A DNA stretch of 60,145 nucleotides from a virus (Duplodnaviria > Caudoviricetes), in IMG/VR virus record IMGVR_UViG_3300023293_000013, positions 1 to 60,145 of that record. One strand, given 5' to 3'. The stretch's first letter is position 1, and each line of letters begins with the position of its first letter. Shown piece after piece: positions 56,239 through 60,145 of the stretch. Position numbers and translations under genes: made by a program. The notes below the pieces were generated by a model that saw only the letters and a program-made list of their open reading frames with translations, had not been told where the DNA came from and did no database searches.

Positions 56239-56577
56239 ATGAGCAAAGTATATTTAACACAAGAGATACCTGTCGATAGAGACACAGGACAGCCTAAATA
56301 CAACGTATTAGGTGCGCAAAAGTATGGCGACATAATGACGCTGCTACCTATGTATTCTCAAATTATATTATCACCAGGACCATTAATAATGAAACTTAGA
56401 ACTCTTCTAAAAGACTTCACTACTGATGATTATTTACTACTTTCAGGCGATCCAGCAATTATTGGCGTTGTATGTTCAGTTTGTTCAGATATTACAAATG
56501 GCAAGTACAAGTTGTTAAAATGGGACCGTCAAGAAAAAACTTATTATCCAATAGAAATAAATATTTTTCAAAATTAG
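56239..56577 (+). CDS. Conserved replication-module hypothetical protein
   Basis: DDYLLLSGDPAII; divergent from the SNF2 gene. Confidence 0.75.
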   Translation: MSKVYLTQEIPVDRDTGQPKYNVLGAQKYGDIMTLLPMYSQIILSPGPLIMKLRTLLKDFTTDDYLLLSGDPAIIGVVCSVCSDITNGKYKLLKWDRQEKTYYPIEINIFQN

Positions 56578-56579
56578 AC

Positions 56580-56607
56580 TTGACTTTTAATTAAAAGTTA
56601 TTATTAT
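56580..56607 (+). promoter_or_regulatory. Sigma70 promoter with a 16-bp palindrome over the spacer
   Basis: TTGACT-16 nt-TATTAT; ACTTTTAATTAAAAGT at 56583-56598. Confidence 0.6.
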
Positions 56608-56649
56608 CCTATCTATGAAAGTTAAACAGATAACCAATAGGAATAATGT

Positions 56650-57198
56650 ATGTTAATAGATATGCGTAAAGATGCACCGGATCAGGCAAACACAGTTGAT
56701 CCAGAAAAACTATCAACTGAGGTTGAAAAGTTAAGATCCATCCAAAATGAAATTTTATCTCATGAAGATAAAATAAAAGATTTAAAACAAGATGAAAAAC
56801 ATTTTAGTTGTGTTGTCATTCCAAAATTAATGGAAGACATGAATCTACAAAGTTTAAAATTAAAAGATGGTTCAGAATTAACCGTTAAACAAATTTATAG
56901 TGCCACTTTAAAAGCTGATAAAAAAGCTGAAGGCATACACTGGCTTCGAGACAATGGCTTAGGTGATATAGTAAAAAATAATATTACTGTATCGTTTGGT
57001 CAAGGCGAAGATAACAAGGCTGTCGATTACGCTGGCCTTGCGAGGTCGAATGGGTATGAACCTATCCAAGAGGAGAAAGTTCACCCATCGACACTCAAAG
57101 TAGTTATGAAGGAATGGAAAGAAAAAGGTAAAGAAGTTCCTGAAGAACTATTCAATACATTTGATGGAAATCAAACGTATTTTAAAAATAAAAAATAA
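56650..57198 (+). CDS. Conserved replication-module protein
   Basis: Coiled coil; WLRDNGLGDIVK, VHPSTLK. Confidence 0.75.
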   Translation: MLIDMRKDAPDQANTVDPEKLSTEVEKLRSIQNEILSHEDKIKDLKQDEKHFSCVVIPKLMEDMNLQSLKLKDGSELTVKQIYSATLKADKKAEGIHWLRDNGLGDIVKNNITVSFGQGEDNKAVDYAGLARSNGYEPIQEEKVHPSTLKVVMKEWKEKGKEVPEELFNTFDGNQTYFKNKK

Positions 57199-57225
57199 AT
57201 AATAACTCACTAAGGAGATATAACT

Positions 57226-58005
57226 ATGGCTAATACAAATGCTATGACGAAGAAAGATGATGCAGGTGCATTATCTACAATCAATCTCAGAAGCGATTCT
57301 GGGAGAGGTTCTGAAGAAATAAAATCGGATGATATGTCAACACCGATTTTAAAAATCCTACACCAACTATCACCAGAGTGTAATGCGACTAATGCAAAAT
57401 ATGTTGAAGGTTCAAAACCTGGAATGATATTTGCTAAAGGTCTCGGTACACTAGTTGATGGTACTAAAGGAGTGGATGTTTTAATTTGCCACGTGCAAAC
57501 AAGATATCCAGAATGGCAAGAAATGGGAGACACAGCTTCTCCGCCTGTAACAACACACTTATCTATTCCAAGTGATGCACAGGAAGAAAGAAATGGTAAG
57601 TGGAGATTATCAAATGGTAACTACATAGAAAAGACCGCATATTTTTATGTGATTGTTTTAGGTGATGAGCCTAGACCTGCAGTTATTACTATGAGATCTT
57701 CTAACTTAACAGCTGCCAGAGAATTAAATCAGTTGATTAAAAATCTTAGATTTAAGGATGACAAAGGCATTTATAATCCAGCAGCATATGCAGCAGTTTA
57801 TAATTTAAAAACTGTTGGTAAAGTTGCAGGAAGTAAAAGCTGGCATGTTTACAAACCCTCTATGAATAGAGCGTTAGATATATCTAAGAAAGATGACGCT
57901 GACTTATACGTAATGGCACAGGAACTACAAAAAACTGTGTCTAAGGGTTCTGCTAAACCCGAGTATGAGAAGAAGGTGGAATTTAAAACTGAGGACATTG
58001 TATAA
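57226..58005 (+). CDS. Putative ssDNA-binding protein
   Basis: PILKILHQLSPE...KPG; acidic C-terminus; position before the primase. Confidence 0.55.
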   Translation: MANTNAMTKKDDAGALSTINLRSDSGRGSEEIKSDDMSTPILKILHQLSPECNATNAKYVEGSKPGMIFAKGLGTLVDGTKGVDVLICHVQTRYPEWQEMGDTASPPVTTHLSIPSDAQEERNGKWRLSNGNYIEKTAYFYVIVLGDEPRPAVITMRSSNLTAARELNQLIKNLRFKDDKGIYNPAAYAAVYNLKTVGKVAGSKSWHVYKPSMNRALDISKKDDADLYVMAQELQKTVSKGSAKPEYEKKVEFKTEDIV

Positions 58006-58085
58006 TTCACTAAGTGAATACTTCGAAGGTTGGGCGGCTACGGGAGACTGTAGCTGCCCATATAATAAAAGAATAAGGAATAGAT

Positions 58086-59735
58086 ATGAAAGATTTTACA
58101 AGATATTTTACAGGTTTACAAAGAGACTTTGGTTTCTGTAACATTAATAAAGGTTACAAGGATCCAGAAACAGGAAAGATAAAATTTAACAATGGTGATT
58201 ATGGTTGGGCCGGAAAACCAATTTCAGATAAAGATTACGAAGAACATATAGAAGGTATAAAATCTATAGGTATTCAACCTTGTAACGATAATGGTTATGC
58301 AAGTTTTGGTGCAATAGATATTGATCCTAAAATATATAAAAACTTTGATGTAAAATTTTATTTAGATATTATTCAAGAAAAAGAATTACCTTTAATACCT
58401 ATTAAATCAAAAAGTAACGGATTACATTTATATGTATTTACAGAAGAACCTGTTAAAGCTTTAGAGATAAAAGAATTTTTAGAACAGGTATTATTTTTAT
58501 TTAATCTAACTATTAAAACAGAAATATTTCCTAAACAAACTAAACTAGGTTCTAATACTGAAGGTCAAAAGATGAATGGTAATTTTATTAACCTTCCATA
58601 CTTTAATAAAATAGAAAGAGTTGCATTAAATCCAGATGGTAGTGAGATGGATTTAGATACATTTTTAAAATGTATTGAGTTAAATAAAGTTAAGGTAGAA
58701 CATTTAAGAAATATAAAAAGTAAAATTATTGAGAACGAATTAAAAGGTGGTGCTGATGAATTTAATGATGGTCCACCATGTCTTGGAATATTAACTAAAA
58801 ATATAATGGTTGAAGGTAGAGATCGTTTTCTTTTTAATTATATGGTGTTTGCTAAGAAAAAATATGCAGACAACTGGAAAACAAAAGTATTAGAAGCTGC
58901 TAGAAACTATTTTAAATTTGATCAGAACTGGACAGATGATCATGTTAAACAAAAGATAAAGAGTTGGGACAAAGCAACAGCAGGACATACTTGTCATCAA
59001 GATCCAATCAATACAGTTTGTGTTAAATCAGAATGTATAAAAAGAAAATTTGGTATAGCTAGTGAAGCTAAAGCAAGTTGGCCTGTACTAGGTAACTTAC
59101 AAAAGATAGACTTTAAACCAGATCCAGAATACTATTTTACGGTTGAGAGAGAAGATGGTGAGACTATTCCAATCCATGCAAAAGATGTAAATAAAATAAA
59201 AGAACAAAAAGAAATGCGTGGTTTAATTATGGCTCAAGCGGATATTCCACCTCCACCTATCAAAGGTATGGAGTTTTTTGAAATTATAAAAGCGTTGTTC
59301 TCTAACATTGATACAGTGCAACCGGCTCCAGGGACCAGGCCTCATGAGATATTACATAAACATTTAAATAATTTTGTTAATGGTTCAAAGGCTACTAACT
59401 ACCATTCATTTAAAAGTGGAAACGTTTTTAAAGATGAGGTGTATGCATATTTTGTTTATGATGAGTTCTATATTTATTTAAAAGAAAGAGAATGGAGAAA
59501 AGATTCTTCAAGAACTTCTCATATGATTGAAAAATTATTTGATAAAGAAGAATTTGAAGGTCGACCTAAACCGGAGTTTAACAAAAAGAAAAGATTTCCA
59601 GGTAAAGATAAAAAAACAAATAAACCTTATCCAGGTGTAGGGGGATGTGCAATGATACCTTTATCTATTATTGAAAAAGAAGATGAAGATGTAGAAGACA
59701 TTGTACACATAGAAGATCAAGAGGATATTGTTTAA
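58086..59735 (+). CDS. AEP primase, second (divergent) copy
   Basis: Same length as 584-2233, with dozens of amino-acid differences. Confidence 0.75.
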   Translation: MKDFTRYFTGLQRDFGFCNINKGYKDPETGKIKFNNGDYGWAGKPISDKDYEEHIEGIKSIGIQPCNDNGYASFGAIDIDPKIYKNFDVKFYLDIIQEKELPLIPIKSKSNGLHLYVFTEEPVKALEIKEFLEQVLFLFNLTIKTEIFPKQTKLGSNTEGQKMNGNFINLPYFNKIERVALNPDGSEMDLDTFLKCIELNKVKVEHLRNIKSKIIENELKGGADEFNDGPPCLGILTKNIMVEGRDRFLFNYMVFAKKKYADNWKTKVLEAARNYFKFDQNWTDDHVKQKIKSWDKATAGHTCHQDPINTVCVKSECIKRKFGIASEAKASWPVLGNLQKIDFKPDPEYYFTVEREDGETIPIHAKDVNKIKEQKEMRGLIMAQADIPPPPIKGMEFFEIIKALFSNIDTVQPAPGTRPHEILHKHLNNFVNGSKATNYHSFKSGNVFKDEVYAYFVYDEFYIYLKEREWRKDSSRTSHMIEKLFDKEEFEGRPKPEFNKKKRFPGKDKKTNKPYPGVGGCAMIPLSIIEKEDEDVEDIVHIEDQEDIV

Positions 59736-60145
59736 TGATATATAAATTTTTTGGACCACCAGGTACAGGTAAAACCCATAGACTAATATCTAGAGCTAAA
59801 GCTTATGCTAGAATGGGTACTCCTCTACATAAGATTGGTTACTTTGCATTTACTAAAAAAGCTGCATTGGAAGCTAAAAAAAGAATGCCTGCAGAAGATA
59901 AAAAACTTCCATACTTTCAAACTCTTCATTCATTTGCTTATCATCAATTAACATTAAATGAAGAAGATGTTATGCAACCTTTTCATTATGAAGAACTTGG
60001 AAAATTATTAAATGTTAAAGTTAAATACTATGACAAATATAATAAAGATGAAGTTAGTTTTTTAAATTGTGATAGTCCCTATTTTCAAATGATAGGTAAA
60101 GCTATGAATAGAGATGTAGGTATTAGAGAAGAATTTGATAGGAAA
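59735..60145 (+). CDS. UvrD-like helicase, 3'-truncated second copy
   Basis: MIYKFFGPPGTGKT; runs off the window end. Confidence 0.85.
   Translation, partial: MIYKFFGPPGTGKTHRLISRAKAYARMGTPLHKIGYFAFTKKAALEAKKRMPAEDKKLPYFQTLHSFAYHQLTLNEEDVMQPFHYEELGKLLNVKVKYYDKYNKDEVSFLNCDSPYFQMIGKAMNRDVGIREEFDRK

Larger units (their letters stand above)
57503..60145 (+). repeat. Imperfect terminal direct repeat, right copy
   Basis: Matches 1-2643 with substitutions. Confidence 0.95.

Noticed and set aside
1-60145. Prophage, tRNA genes, alternative genetic code; nested antisense ORFs in the track
   Set aside because: No host genes, att sites or integrase; no cloverleaf with T/D-loop consensus seen; long ORFs are intact under code 11; the short antisense ORFs lie inside well-supported genes.

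Overview
This looks like an essentially complete, AT-rich, podovirus-type dsDNA phage genome with a unit length of 57,502 bp; positions 57503-60145 are an imperfect second copy of 1-2643. Gene content and the capsid sequence resemble HTVC023P/HTVC027P-type (vSAG 37-F6-like) pelagiphages, so a SAR11/alphaproteobacterial host is inferred but not shown. Modules: (1) replication (SSB, AEP primase, UvrD helicase, Leu762 PolA, SNF2 helicase, exonuclease, HNH nucleases); (2) lysis (M15 peptidase); (3) a repeat-rich putative origin at 10.9-11.2 kb; (4) terS separated from terL by a ~6 kb early/accessory region; (5) morphogenesis (portal, GroES, scaffold, capsid, tail, Kelch-like receptor-binding proteins, ejection proteins); (6) a 2OG-Fe(II) oxygenase cluster. 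No integrase, RNA polymerase, tRNA or CRISPR was seen. The main find is in the early region. About 18 copies of a TGCGNC-N5-GTCGCA palindrome there match the alphaproteobacterial RegA/PrrA/RegR redox-regulator box, and nine sit 38-40 nt upstream of a -10 hexamer. They drive an array of single-gene cassettes, a Gp88 operon and an unannotated ~275-nt multi-stem non-coding RNA. At least three more structured RNA candidates, two of them pseudoknotted, occur elsewhere. All product names come from recognising motifs by eye; no database search was run.
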